In this document: piece after piece, positions 38,471-48,958 of the stretch
How the letters are laid out: the number at the start of each line of letters is the position of its first letter
Numbering within the stretch: position 1 is the first letter of the stretch
Source: a bacterium
GTDB taxonomy: Bacteria > UBA8248
Assembly: GCA_965202625.1 (NCBI GenBank)
Contig: CBDBBI010000010.1
Coordinates: 480,001 to 544,000 of the forward strand
Length of the DNA: 64,000 nucleotides
Direction of reading: 5' to 3'
Notes under the pieces: model-generated
Told to the model about the DNA's origin: nothing
What the model saw: only the letters and a program-made list of their open reading frames with translations
The model's database searches: none
Translations under genes and position numbers: made by a program

Positions 38471-39478
38471 CTATTGGACACCGTCGGGGATTTTATAGCC
38501 CTTTTCCTTCCAATACCTGGCCGCGCCAGGATGGATTTTGAGACCAATAGCGGCCATTTGATCGAGGGCGGGGGCTACTTTGAATCCTGATAGCCAGCCA
38601 CGGTGCACTTTGGGAAGAAATGCGCGCCCGCGTTTTGAAAAATTGATGCGCGCCACCTCATACACCACGGAAGGGGGAACATGCGCTCCTGCCGCCGTCC
38701 AGGCGGTGTAGCCCACTGTAGAAATATCTTCGGTGACGCCGTTGTATGAACCCGCTGGAATGTGGACGTTGAAATACGCTGGGCTGTCTTTGAGAAATTT
38801 CTTGAGCGTCTCGCCCGTAATCGGCAAGAGACGAATGGGAGCGGCGGCGGCCGCTTTGACGAACGCAGGCCCTGGGACGGGCAGGGGGATGGAAAATGCT
38901 TGAATACGATTATCCTTCATCGCATCGGCCAAAGCCCCAAAGGTCATGTATTCTCGCCGCACTTTCAGATCGGCATGCTTTATCAGACGGTCCGTCATAA
39001 AATGGGCATTCCCTCCTTTGCGGCCAGAGCTGATTGCTTTCCCATTGAGAGATTGTAAGGATCGAATGTCGGAGCTATGAAACGTAGCCATCTGGAACAT
39101 GGAGACTGTAGCAGGACCGATACCGCGAAGGTTCTTGTGTTTTTTCTTATAAGGTTTTTTTCCCTTCAAAGCGCGTAGAACGAGCCCGGCGACACCAAGC
39201 CCAAAATCCGCTTTTTCAGCTTCTATAAGGCGTAGATCCTCAACGGCGCCGCGGGTGGTCTTGTTCGACATCTGGACAAATTTCGAGTTCTCTGACACCA
39301 GGGCGGCCAAACCCCCATACATGACGTAGATGCTCGTCCCAGGGCCGGAACCCACAACGGACACATAGGTAGGAGCGGCTGAAAAGGACAAGTTCGTCAA
39401 AAATGAAAATGAAATGACTATGGCAGCCACGACGGATACAATTCGCACGTTTCTCATTTTGAGCTCCTGAGGAGTCAT
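38471..39478 (-). CDS. TAXI family TRAP transporter solute receptor
   Basis: Signal peptide; TRGAVEDL, IPAGSY and IHPGAARYWKE motifs. Confidence 0.88.
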   Translation of the reverse strand: MTPQELKMRNVRIVSVVAAIVISFSFLTNLSFSAAPTYVSVVGSGPGTSIYVMYGGLAALVSENSKFVQMSNKTTRGAVEDLRLIEAEKADFGLGVAGLVLRALKGKKPYKKKHKNLRGIGPATVSMFQMATFHSSDIRSLQSLNGKAISSGRKGGNAHFMTDRLIKHADLKVRREYMTFGALADAMKDNRIQAFSIPLPVPGPAFVKAAAAAPIRLLPITGETLKKFLKDSPAYFNVHIPAGSYNGVTEDISTVGYTAWTAAGAHVPPSVVYEVARINFSKRGRAFLPKVHRGWLSGFKVAPALDQMAAIGLKIHPGAARYWKEKGYKIPDGVQ

Positions 39479-39523
39479 ACAAAGGAATATTCGTTTCCAA
39501 AACGGCGCCCTGCTAAACTGGAT

Positions 39524-40519
39524 TCAATCCGCTAGCGCGGAGTAATCCTCTGTGTAGTTGGGGGCTGGAGTGGTTCCTTGTCCTTGAATGATGTGGATCT
39601 TGCCTTCCGTTTTGTCGGCGTTTCGAAAGCCTCGTTGCACCCCCGTGGGCACCCAGCAGGCGTCCCAGGGATCGAGAACGGCTTGTTGGAGTCTTCCACG
39701 CTCATCCGCCCAGTAGACAGCCCACCTACCTTCGAGCGGAATAAAAATTTCCTCGCACGGATGATCGTGAAGCGGCGCGCCTCGGCCATTGCCGCATTCT
39801 ACCATGGCGTATCCTATCTCTCCCTCGCATAGAGATGGCGGCGGGCCTTCATCCGTATCGCCGGATACGCCCCCGATGTAGCGCCTGAGAGAACGAACAC
39901 CCTCCGGAAGCTGCGCTTCGTGATAAACGTTCCAGTTGCGAGGGCATTCATGGAAGCGGACTAACTGGGTGGCTGGGTCATAGGTGGGCTTTTTGACGTA
40001 AGCCTCAGTAGGAGCGTCATCGGGCGAGCCTTCTCGCAATGATTCGGGATAAAGAGGATATTGGTAGTCTCCCTGGCCGTGGATAAAATGAATGAACCCA
40101 TCGTCTGCTCCAACATTTCTGAACCCACGCATGATGCCCGATGGGATGCGGATGAGATCGTATTTGCCAAGTATGACGCTTCTCGGGCTTTTGGTTTTCA
40201 CGTCTTCCCAGAATATTTCGAATTCGCCTTCCCAAACCATGAAAATCTCTTCATCAGGATGATCGTGAAGCGGCGCGCCGTTTTGAGGAGCCGCCATTGC
40301 GACGCCACAGGAGAATTCCCAACCAGGGAGAGGGGAGCGGAGATTTCGCCCAGAAATACCGCCAATATATCTGTAAATTGCCCGGTGGTTCCCCTCAATA
40401 TGAGATTCGTGATACTCACCCCAATCAGGAATCAATTCGCTAAAACGGATTACCGTAACTGGCGCCACCGTAGTTTTCGACCGCAGCATTCGCTGGGCCG
40501 AAATTTTGGTCATATTCAC
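39524..40519 (-). CDS. Bicupin-domain protein
   Basis: Internal duplication: GAPLHDHPDEEIF..RGFRN and GAPLHDHPCEEIF..RGFRN. Confidence 0.88.
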   Translation of the reverse strand: MNMTKISAQRMLRSKTTVAPVTVIRFSELIPDWGEYHESHIEGNHRAIYRYIGGISGRNLRSPLPGWEFSCGVAMAAPQNGAPLHDHPDEEIFMVWEGEFEIFWEDVKTKSPRSVILGKYDLIRIPSGIMRGFRNVGADDGFIHFIHGQGDYQYPLYPESLREGSPDDAPTEAYVKKPTYDPATQLVRFHECPRNWNVYHEAQLPEGVRSLRRYIGGVSGDTDEGPPPSLCEGEIGYAMVECGNGRGAPLHDHPCEEIFIPLEGRWAVYWADERGRLQQAVLDPWDACWVPTGVQRGFRNADKTEGKIHIIQGQGTTPAPNYTEDYSALAD

Positions 40520-40687
40520 TTCTCATCCTCCCCCGATAGCGAGAATTGTCGTCCCATCAATTCCACCCTTATAATCAACGCCAAAATATCGGAGGCTCCA
40601 TTCTATCATCATCAGCGGTGTATTCATAATAGTACTTGCTTTCAGGAGGAGTGCCGAAGAGCGCTCTCGGACTACTGAGAGGCTCAT

Positions 40688-42179
40688 ATGATTCTACCAA
40701 TTAGGGTATACGCAATAAAGTTTGTCGTTTTAATGGCTTTCTCATCTTCAGCCTTCGCCCCAGCGGCGGATTTCGCTTTGGTGACTGGGAAAGTGCTCAC
40801 TGCCGACGCGAATTTTTCTATCCCAAAGGCGGTGGCCGTTCAGAGAGAGCGCATTTTTTCTGTAGGGAGCGAATATGAGATACACTGCCTAGTGAGTTCC
40901 AGAACAAAAATGATCGACCTGCAGGGAAAAACGCTCATCCCGGGCCTGATTCATAACCATGTTTACTTTGTCCGACATGCGTTGCGATGGGAGCATGAAG
41001 CGAGAATTCATGGGGTTACTTCACACCCAAAGGCGCTTTCCATCATTGCTGCTAAAGCGAAATCAATGAAACGCGGAGAGTGGGTTCTCACCCTTGGAGG
41101 ATGTAGCCCAGTCCAATTCCGCGATTAAGCCGGGACTGTTTACGAAAGCGGAGTTAGATAGGGCGGCCCCGAACAATCCAGTATTCATACAACAATCATA
41201 TTGACTTATGATTCAGAACAGCCTAGGGCTAAAAAAATGGGCATCAAAGCCAAATCGAAAGAACCGAGGGGCTGGCGCATAGCAAGGAGACGATTTTGGT
41301 AGTCCAACGGGCGTCATCTTTGGTCGTCGGGCCATTTTTCTATTCTGGCGTCATGATCTGCCAGAAATTACGCAAGAAAAAATCATATCTAGCCTCAAAG
41401 AACTGATGACCGACTTCAATCGTGTCGGTATTAACAGTTTACTTGAGTTGGGCGGTGGCGGGGTGCTGGATGAAACTTACATCACAATCAAGAGAAAATT
41501 GACGCGAAAATGATGGGTGAAATTGCGCTTGGGGAGAATATGTATGCGCCTATCCATGATTCTCCGTTTAGACCGTCTCGCGCCTCGAATGAGGATTATT
41601 ATGAATTCGCAAAAGTTTCCGAGGCGGCTGCCGAGTGAGGGTGGACGATTCACGAGCACACTTTTCGTGGTGCGACGATTATCCGTTATCTCGACATATT
41701 TGAGGCAATAAATCGAAGAAAAAAGATAACGAATTTGCGTTGGTCAATTCATCATGTGGACTTCATCTCGAGGAGAAATATCGACCGCGCAAGAGTACTT
41801 GGCATGACATTGGCTCTGCACAGCAAGAGATTACGATTTTGGATCCCTTGCTCAGGCCAAGACTAGGAAAGTGAGCCCTCTCACTGCCGCCGTTGAGAAC
41901 GGTGCAAAATAGCGGGGTCGTTTGGGTACTAGGGACGGATGCCGGAGTCGTAGCGCCTTATCCACCAATGCTCCCCCTGTGGTGGGCGTTGACAGGCAAG
42001 GATTTGAGCGAAAAAAGGGCGCTTTCCGAAGCGGAGACCGTTTCTAAAAAAATGCGCTCATCGCCCATACGAGATCGAACGCATATCTGTTTTTCAAGGA
42101 AAATGCGCTAGGCTCTATTGAGAAAGGCAAACTTGCCGATATCGTCGTGCTCGACTCGCTCTGTGTTTCAATGGTTTGA
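40688..42179 (+). pseudogene. Secreted YtcJ-like amidohydrolase (many frameshifts and stops)
   Basis: IDLQGKTLIPGLIHNH, AAPNNPVFIQ, RWSIHH, LGTDAG and LGSIEKGKLADIVVLD fall in different frames. Confidence 0.85.
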
Positions 42180-42306
42180 TTGTGCTTTCGCTGTTGAAAA
42201 AATGAGAGAAACGTAGTTTGAAAACAAGAACCGGATAGAAGGCTCACGGCGTTGTAGTTATATTTTGGGTAAATACCAACGCTCATTTTTATCAGGAGGT
42301 GAGGGA

Positions 42307-43440
42307 ATGGGGACGGATATCCAATGGGAGGCGATTCTCAAGCGCGACGTGAAAGCGGATGGACGTTTTGTCTACGCCGTTCGTTCTACCGGAATTTATT
42401 GTCGTCCCTCGTGCGCGAGTCGAAAACCCAAGAGAGAGAACGTTGTTATTTTCAAACTCCCCGAAATGGCGGAAGAGAGTGGATTCAGACCTTGTCTCAG
42501 GTGTTTTCCCCAGAACGCCGCATACGATCCTAGGTTCGACAAGATAAGAAGAGCGATTTGCTACCTTGAGGAGCGCGTCGAAGAGAGTCCGACCCTCAAA
42601 GAGGTGGGACGCGCAGTCGGCATGAGTCCCCATCATTTGCAGCGGCGCTTCAAGCAGGCGCTTGGTGTGACCCCTCGTCAATATCTTGAGTCCCTTAAGT
42701 TAAGGAAATACAAGAGTTTAATTAAAAATGGACGGGATTTGGCGGGTGCCTGCTACAAGGCCGGATATGGGTCAAGTAGTCGGGTGTATGAGCGCGCGTC
42801 GCACTATATGGGGATGACGCCCGGTGCTTACCAGAAGGGAGGGGAGGGCATCTCGATTCAGTATGGCGTCGCCGAATGCCGACTGGGGAAATTGCTGGTC
42901 GCAGCGACCGAGAAGGGCGTGTGTTGGGTGAGCGTCGGAGAGACGATCGATACCCTCATCCGGAGCATGCAAAGCGAGTTTCCCAAAGCGAATCTGCGCC
43001 GTAACGACCATAATCTCAAAAAATACTTAAAGGTTGTCGCAGGTCTTGCGGAAGGAGAAGCGCGCTTCGTGTCTTTGCCGGTGGATGTGCGTGCCAGCAC
43101 TTTTCAGTGCCGGGTGTGGGAGCGTTTAAAATCCATTCCTCTAGGAATGACAACAACATACAAGGAAATCGCCGGAGAATTGGGCCTGCCCGGAGGTGCT
43201 CGTGCTGTGGGGAGGGCATGCGCGCAGAACCCGGTCGCTCTACTCGTTCCTTGTCATCGGGTGGTGCGGGAGGATGGGTGCCTCGCCGGCTATCGCTGGG
43301 GGGTGGAGCGGAAGAGAAAGTTACTGGATATGGAGAAAAAAAGTCTAAAAACAATTGATTACGTGGAAAGAAATGAAATAAAGCTTGAACCCATGAAAAA
43401 CCCTTCGGCGGCGCTTGGCGGTGGAGATGAATGTATCTAA
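42307..43440 (+). CDS. ada: Bifunctional transcriptional activator / O6-methylguanine-DNA methyltransferase
   Basis: GIYCRPSC..FRPCLRC; AraC HTH; VPCHRVV. Confidence 0.95.
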   Translation: MGTDIQWEAILKRDVKADGRFVYAVRSTGIYCRPSCASRKPKRENVVIFKLPEMAEESGFRPCLRCFPQNAAYDPRFDKIRRAICYLEERVEESPTLKEVGRAVGMSPHHLQRRFKQALGVTPRQYLESLKLRKYKSLIKNGRDLAGACYKAGYGSSSRVYERASHYMGMTPGAYQKGGEGISIQYGVAECRLGKLLVAATEKGVCWVSVGETIDTLIRSMQSEFPKANLRRNDHNLKKYLKVVAGLAEGEARFVSLPVDVRASTFQCRVWERLKSIPLGMTTTYKEIAGELGLPGGARAVGRACAQNPVALLVPCHRVVREDGCLAGYRWGVERKRKLLDMEKKSLKTIDYVERNEIKLEPMKNPSAALGGGDECI

Positions 43441-43489
43441 TACCGCTCCGCCGCCGGATGCTCGACCCCGCCGCCGGAAGGCGCGTCAG

Positions 43490-43740
43490 AGTGTGTGAAG
43501 TTTTTACCGTCTTCGTAGAGACAGCTACGGGGTGTTGTCTTGCCCCTGCTGTTGTCCGACTGGAGTACGTGCGAGACCCCAGAAATCAGGACAGCCCCGG
43601 GAGTGTCTCTTGCAATGTGTGCGAAGGTGTGGGGAGAGGGCTTCTACCTCCGAGGCGTGGTGCCTCGTGCCGAGCGTTGGTCCCGAAGGACTAAGGGGCT
43701 GTATCCCTTCGGGCGTTTACGCCTGAGGGGTATCGTTAAC
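43490..43740. other. Orphan structured non-coding element with an IS200/IS605-like terminal hairpin
   Basis: CCCTTCGGGCG-TTTA-CGCCTGAGGGG-TATCGTTAAC plus several adjacent hairpins, between convergent genes. Confidence 0.45.
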
Positions 43741-43786
43741 GAGCAGCAAATGCCGCGTAGATTGGTTTTCGGAGTCGTGGCGATCG

Positions 43787-45145
43787 TCAAGCACTCTCCG
43801 TTCGCGTGACAACCCTGCCGTGGCCCGCTTGCCCCGTGACGACGCCGTCTTCCATCACGACCACCCCGCGGGAGATCGTCACCTCGGGCGCGCCCTTGAC
43901 TTCCCAGCCGTCGAACGGTGTCCATCCGCACTTGGAGACTACGTCGGCGTCGCGCAGCGTCTCCTCCCGCTCCATGTCCACGATAATAAGGTCTGCATCC
44001 GCGCCCGCCTGGAGGCACCCCTTTTGCGGATAGATGTTGAAAATGCGCGCGGGCGTCTCGCAGCAGATTCTCACCATCTGATTCAGCGTCAGGAGACCCT
44101 CATTCACGGCGTTCAGCATCAGGCGGACCGTCGTCTCCACTCCCGGTATTCCGAAGGGCGCTTCGTGGATGTTCTCCAACCCGTCCTCTTTCCTTCCGCG
44201 GGGGAAAGGGCAGTGGTCGGTTCCGATGCTGTCCACCATGTCACGTCCGAGCGCCTCGCGCATCCCCTCGCGCGTCTCGGCCGAGCGAATCACGGGCGTG
44301 AACTTCACGAACGGGCCCATCTCCGCGAGATGGGAATGGTCGAGGTAGAAATACTGGGGGCAGCTTTCGGCGAAGATGCGCGCTCCGCGCGCGCGCGCCG
44401 CCTGAATGGCTTCGAGAAGGTCGGGCTGGCTCACATGCGCGACCAGTACAGTGCAGCCCGTAAGTTCGGCGAGGGCTACGGCGTCCATCGTCGCCACATA
44501 TTCGCTCTCAGGGTTTCGCCAGTCGCTGACGCACATGTAGTCCGTCCGATCTTCGGCGTCGATGCGCTCCTTCGACTTCTTGAGGATCGAGTCGCTCTCG
44601 CAGTGGAGCATTACCGTCGCCCCGAACATCCGCGCCTCGCGCATGATGTTCATTAGAACGCCCTCCGACAGGTCGGGAACCCCATGAAGTTCACACATGA
44701 ACCCCTTGAAGCCCAGCGCACCGCCCTCCCACATGGGACGCAGGTGCGCGAGGTTGTCCACATCGAGACCTCCGAGTTGTCCGAAATCCACCACCGCGCG
44801 CGAGTCGACATAGGCGGCTTTCTCCTCAAGTATCTCCCGCGTATAGACGAGTGGCTCGCTCCTGTGATGGTCGATCACCGTGGTGACGCCGCCTCTGGCC
44901 GCCGCCTTGGTTCCCGTTGTCCAGTCCTCCCTATCCGTGAAGCCCGGGTCCATCATGTGTACGTGCTCATCCACCATGCCCGGAAGGAGAAAGCGTCCGC
45001 CCGCGTCTATCTCGCGCCGCGCCGCGCCCCCTTCTCCCCTCTGGGTGATGGCGGAAATCTGCCCTGCGTCCACCCGTACGCAGCCTTCATACGTTCCGCC
45101 GGGCGTCACGATTCTCGCGTTGTCGATCAATAGGTCGGAAGCCAT
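43787..45145 (-). CDS. Cyclic amidohydrolase (allantoinase/dihydroorotase-like)
   Basis: PGMVDEHVH, GGVTTVID, GFKGF, HCE, AHVS, ESCPQY and GTDHCP motifs. Confidence 0.9.
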   Translation of the reverse strand: MASDLLIDNARIVTPGGTYEGCVRVDAGQISAITQRGEGGAARREIDAGGRFLLPGMVDEHVHMMDPGFTDREDWTTGTKAAARGGVTTVIDHHRSEPLVYTREILEEKAAYVDSRAVVDFGQLGGLDVDNLAHLRPMWEGGALGFKGFMCELHGVPDLSEGVLMNIMREARMFGATVMLHCESDSILKKSKERIDAEDRTDYMCVSDWRNPESEYVATMDAVALAELTGCTVLVAHVSQPDLLEAIQAARARGARIFAESCPQYFYLDHSHLAEMGPFVKFTPVIRSAETREGMREALGRDMVDSIGTDHCPFPRGRKEDGLENIHEAPFGIPGVETTVRLMLNAVNEGLLTLNQMVRICCETPARIFNIYPQKGCLQAGADADLIIVDMEREETLRDADVVSKCGWTPFDGWEVKGAPEVTISRGVVVMEDGVVTGQAGHGRVVTRTESA

Positions 45146-45302
45146 TCGGATACTCCTTTTCGATCGTATGAAGCGTCGTGCGTCAGGGTGAAACGCCGCA
45201 CACTTCAAGAATAGCCGGTATTATTGCGCATTCGCGCACGGGGAACAATCGAGGCATCGGTGCGTGCGGACGCTCTCGGTGGATACGTGTCGATCCGCTT
45301 TC

Positions 45303-46368
45303 TCACCTTCTGGCACGCTCCTCGGGAATCAGGGGCAAGTTGTTCCTGCTCTTGCGCTCGAACTCGGAGAGCGCTTGTTCTATCGCCAGGAATCGCTTCG
45401 CCGTGGAGGGATGGGTGGACCCCGCCAGGTGTATCGACTTCGGATGCGCCGCACCGAGACGCCGCCAGAAGGACGCCGCTCCCCTAAGGTCGTATCCGCC
45501 GCGTCCGGCGTGGTACACGCCCACGTAATCGGCTTCCGCCTCGAACTCCTGAGAGAAGGCGTGTCTCCCCGCCTGCGCGCCGATGTTCGTCACGTCCACG
45601 CCCGACCAGGCGGTGATGGCCGCTCCCAGGAGGGTACCCAGGAGCTGGTTGCCGACCTTCGACTCAATGTGGCCGCGCGTGTTGTGCGCCAGTTCATGTC
45701 CGATGACGAGGGCGAGCTCCGCGTCGTTCCGGGTAAAGCGAAGCATTCCGGTGGTAAGGTAGATTTTCGTCCCGTCCGCCCAAGCGTTCACGTCGTTCTT
45801 GTTGAGGAGATGCACCGGATAGTCGCACGCGGCGGTGGGCTGGAGCGTAAGGTCGCGCGACTCTCCCCGCCGCGCTATGGTGAGCGCAAACTCCGCGCCT
45901 GGGCGGGCGCGGCGCTTTATGGCGTCCCATTTGCTCGGTGCGCCTTTGCCTACTCCGAGGGTTTCTCCGTTCAAGCGGAGAACCCTGTCGCCCACCGCCA
46001 GGCCGGCAGCGTGAGCGGGCGAGTCTTCAACGACATGGGTAACTGTGAGGTGTTCGCCAACATCAAGCGTCGCGCGGGCAATTTCTCGCCATGGGGGTTT
46101 CCAGGCTTCGAGCGTGTGGAGATGAGCGCCGAAACGAGCTCTGACCTTGTCGCCGCAGAGCGCGGCGTTTCCCGGCCATGATCCGAAAGGCGACATCACC
46201 TATTCGCTTTTGGCGGCGAACCCACGTCTCCATCGCCACGATGCGTTGCTTGCGCGCCTCGATTCGGGCGAGTTTATCGTCAACGGTGGGAAAGCTGCTC
46301 CTTGGGGCACACCCGGTGAGGGTCAGGATGCTGATGAGAGTTAGAGAGGCAAAAATCTGTCGTTTCAT
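45303..46368 (-). pseudogene. M48 metallopeptidase lipoprotein with PDZ domain, single frameshift
   Basis: Lipobox LTGC lies in one frame; PDZ, NAWA, HELAH, EAEAD and STHP lie in another. The shift is at GGGAAA near 46170 and could be a sequencing error. Confidence 0.75.
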
Positions 46369-46545
46369 CGGTTTTATTCTTCTTCTTTCCAGTAGGGAAT
46401 AGCCCCAGTGCACTGAAGAACCATGCGGACAGCAACCTCTGGCTGGTATCTTTATAGTAATTTTTGATCGCTGACAAAACTTATGTCCCGTAGAGCAGGG
46501 TTTTAAGTTTTTCTCCCTGGGTTTTGGTGGCACGCTCGCTCACCT

Positions 46546-47652
46546 TTATTTTGCGTCCGGCGTTTTCTGGGCACTTTCCAGCCGCCGTCTTTTTTGTATG
46601 ACGCCTGAGAGGCGATACCAGGCCGCGCGACCGGGGTCGATTTCCGCCCCGCGGGCAATCAGACGCGAGGCGAGGGCGAGCTCCTTATTCAGATAGACAA
46701 GCAGGGAGGCGAGGTTCAGAAGGACAGTGGCGTCCTCGGACGATCGATCCGCCGCCTTCTTGAGTATCTCCTCCGCCTCCTCGTAGCGGTATTGGGAAAC
46801 GAGGTATTTTGCGTATTTGTTGACGACGGTCGGATTCTCAGGGGCGAGCTTCCGCGCCTTGCGGTATGCGGCGAGGGTCTCTTCTAGGTCGCCCGCCTCG
46901 TCCATCATCCGCGCCAGGGCGAGCCAGGCTTCCAAATTGTCGGGGTTGAGTGCGAGGGCGCGCCGTATGAGTGCGAGGGCGGCCGCATCCTTTTTTTGTT
47001 TTATGAGGTTTACGGCGCGATCATAAAACGCGCGCGTGGTTTTCTGAAGAATCGAAAATCCCTCCTCCGATTTGATGATTCCCGACGTCTGTCCGAGCGC
47101 GAGGCCGATTACCTCAGCGCGGACGGCGGGGGCCAGCTCTGAGGGTTTCGCCCTGGTCGCGCCGCCATTCGCGTTTTTTCTGAACACATCCGCCACCTCG
47201 TGGAAGGGAACCTTGAGAATCGCGGTTTTGTCAAAAGCCTCTTTCGCCATCTCGTAGGTGGGCAGCGTCAGAACGTGGAAGAAATGTTCTTTCTCCGTTT
47301 TTTGTGATGGCTTTGGCGCGATGTGGGGCGTCTTTTGGGATGCGGGGCGCGCGCGGTCTCTATAGCAGCTCGACAAGAGGACGAGAGTGACAAAAACAGC
47401 GGCGATTTTGCCGCTCTGCCTATTTTTGCGCTTTTTGACGCCGCCCGCTTCAGGTGGAAGCGGCGAGGAGCAATGGCGACTGACGCGCCGACCGCCCACG
47501 ATGGTCTCCCAGCCTTCGACGGAGGCGCGACAAACAGGGGCGCTCTGTGTGGCGAATGTGCATGGCGAGCCGCACTCCGCATTTTTCAGACGGATTTCGA
47601 CCATCCCTTTATCCCTGAGGATTTTGCGCGAATTCACGATGTGAATCGACAT
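46546..47652 (-). CDS. TPR-repeat lipoprotein with a degenerate PpiC-like domain (true start likely downstream)
   Basis: LLSSC lipobox, GQTSGIIKSEEGF, and ALALNPDN / LAPEN TPR units. Confidence 0.7.
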   Translation of the reverse strand: MSIHIVNSRKILRDKGMVEIRLKNAECGSPCTFATQSAPVCRASVEGWETIVGGRRVSRHCSSPLPPEAGGVKKRKNRQSGKIAAVFVTLVLLSSCYRDRARPASQKTPHIAPKPSQKTEKEHFFHVLTLPTYEMAKEAFDKTAILKVPFHEVADVFRKNANGGATRAKPSELAPAVRAEVIGLALGQTSGIIKSEEGFSILQKTTRAFYDRAVNLIKQKKDAAALALIRRALALNPDNLEAWLALARMMDEAGDLEETLAAYRKARKLAPENPTVVNKYAKYLVSQYRYEEAEEILKKAADRSSEDATVLLNLASLLVYLNKELALASRLIARGAEIDPGRAAWYRLSGVIQKRRRLESAQKTPDAK

Positions 47653-48329
47653 AGAAAGTTTCGCGTATGCGGGGCGCGCGCACCGCCTAAGAGGCGATCG
47701 CGCAAAGCCCGCAAATCCTCCTCATGGTCAACGTCTCGCCATTTGGGCAGGAGCAAGACGCCAAGACCCGGCGCGCGCGCCCGCCGGATGGTGCGAGAGA
47801 GCACCTCGTTTGTGCTCCAGGGGATGCCCGTGAAAAGCGTGGGGAGGGGCTGATTCACACCGATGAGATAGTAGCCCCCGTCCGACGTAGGCCCAAGCGC
47901 GACGGCGGGCTCCTCCTTTCTTTCAAGGAGATGGAACGCCTCGTGCAAAACACGGCGCGGCAGATCTGGAAAATCCGTACCTATGAGCGCCGCGCGCCCC
48001 CCCCCAGCGAGATGCCGCCCCAGTGCCGCCGCCATGCGCGCGCCCAGGTCCGTGCCCGTTTGCGCGCGATGCAAAAAGGGCCCAGGTAGCCATTCGGAGA
48101 GCGGAAACGCATTGAGCGACTCACCTGGCTCCAACGCCCACTCGCAGATGAGGCCGACGCCCGGTCGTTCTGCGCGCAGGGCGAGGGCCGTCTCGGCGGC
48201 GTCGCGCAGAAAGCGCGAATACAGACGCGCGGCGCCCTCTCTCCCAAGCACCGGAATGAGCCTCGTCTTCACCCGACCGACAAGGGGCGGCTTGGCGAAC
48301 AGGATGAGAGATTCCGCCGCCATCTGCAT
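47634..48329 (-). CDS. TIGR04282/DUF2064 glycosyltransferase-like protein
   Basis: FAKPP..GRVKTRL, Q.GTDLGARM, IGTDFP, LGPTSDGGYYLIG, IPWST and DVD motifs. Confidence 0.88.
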   Translation of the reverse strand: MQMAAESLILFAKPPLVGRVKTRLIPVLGREGAARLYSRFLRDAAETALALRAERPGVGLICEWALEPGESLNAFPLSEWLPGPFLHRAQTGTDLGARMAAALGRHLAGGGRAALIGTDFPDLPRRVLHEAFHLLERKEEPAVALGPTSDGGYYLIGVNQPLPTLFTGIPWSTNEVLSRTIRRARAPGLGVLLLPKWRDVDHEEDLRALRDRLLGGARAPHTRNFLCRFTS

Positions 48330-48432
48330 TCCTTAAATTGGAGGGCTGTGGAGGAAAACTTCGCCGCTTGCTAGAATCATACCCTGGTTTGGTCATCATT
48401 TCGCGTAACACACGCCACAAAGGACGAACAAA

Positions 48433-48876
48433 ATGGAATTCAATCAAGAGATTACGGTCGCCGCGCCCCGGGAGGAGGTATGGGCTTTCATCTGGCGGGT
48501 CGAGGAGTTCGCCTCCTGCGTTCCCGGCGTGAGGAGTGTGGAGAAGATCGACGAGGCGACCTACGACGTGATTGTCGAGCAGAAGATCAGCTTCCTCAAG
48601 GCACGCTTTCATCTGCGAATCCGGATCGAAGAGGTGCGTGCGCCGGAATATATCCGCACCGTGGGCGAGGGGAAGGACTCCAAAATCGCAGCCAGCCTGA
48701 AGCAGAAAAACGAGGTGATCCTTGATGCGCTCTCTCCGAGCGAGACCAGAGTGCGCATCCGCTCCGGTGTGGACGTGTTTGGAAAACTCGGCTCGCTGGG
48801 CTTCAGCGTCATCAAGAACCAAGCGAACAAGGTTTTTTTCGATTTTGCCAAAAACGTGAAGCAAAAAGTGGAATGA
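48433..48876 (+). CDS. CoxG/SRPBCC family protein
   Basis: APREEVWAF, CVPG and GKLGSLG motifs. Confidence 0.85.
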   Translation: MEFNQEITVAAPREEVWAFIWRVEEFASCVPGVRSVEKIDEATYDVIVEQKISFLKARFHLRIRIEEVRAPEYIRTVGEGKDSKIAASLKQKNEVILDALSPSETRVRIRSGVDVFGKLGSLGFSVIKNQANKVFFDFAKNVKQKVE

Positions 48877-48958
48877 AGGACAAACTCCCCCTCATCGCGC
48901 GTCGGACGTATTCGAGGGAGGAGCGGATTTCCCTTGATAGGCCAATCCGCCGCAAAGC

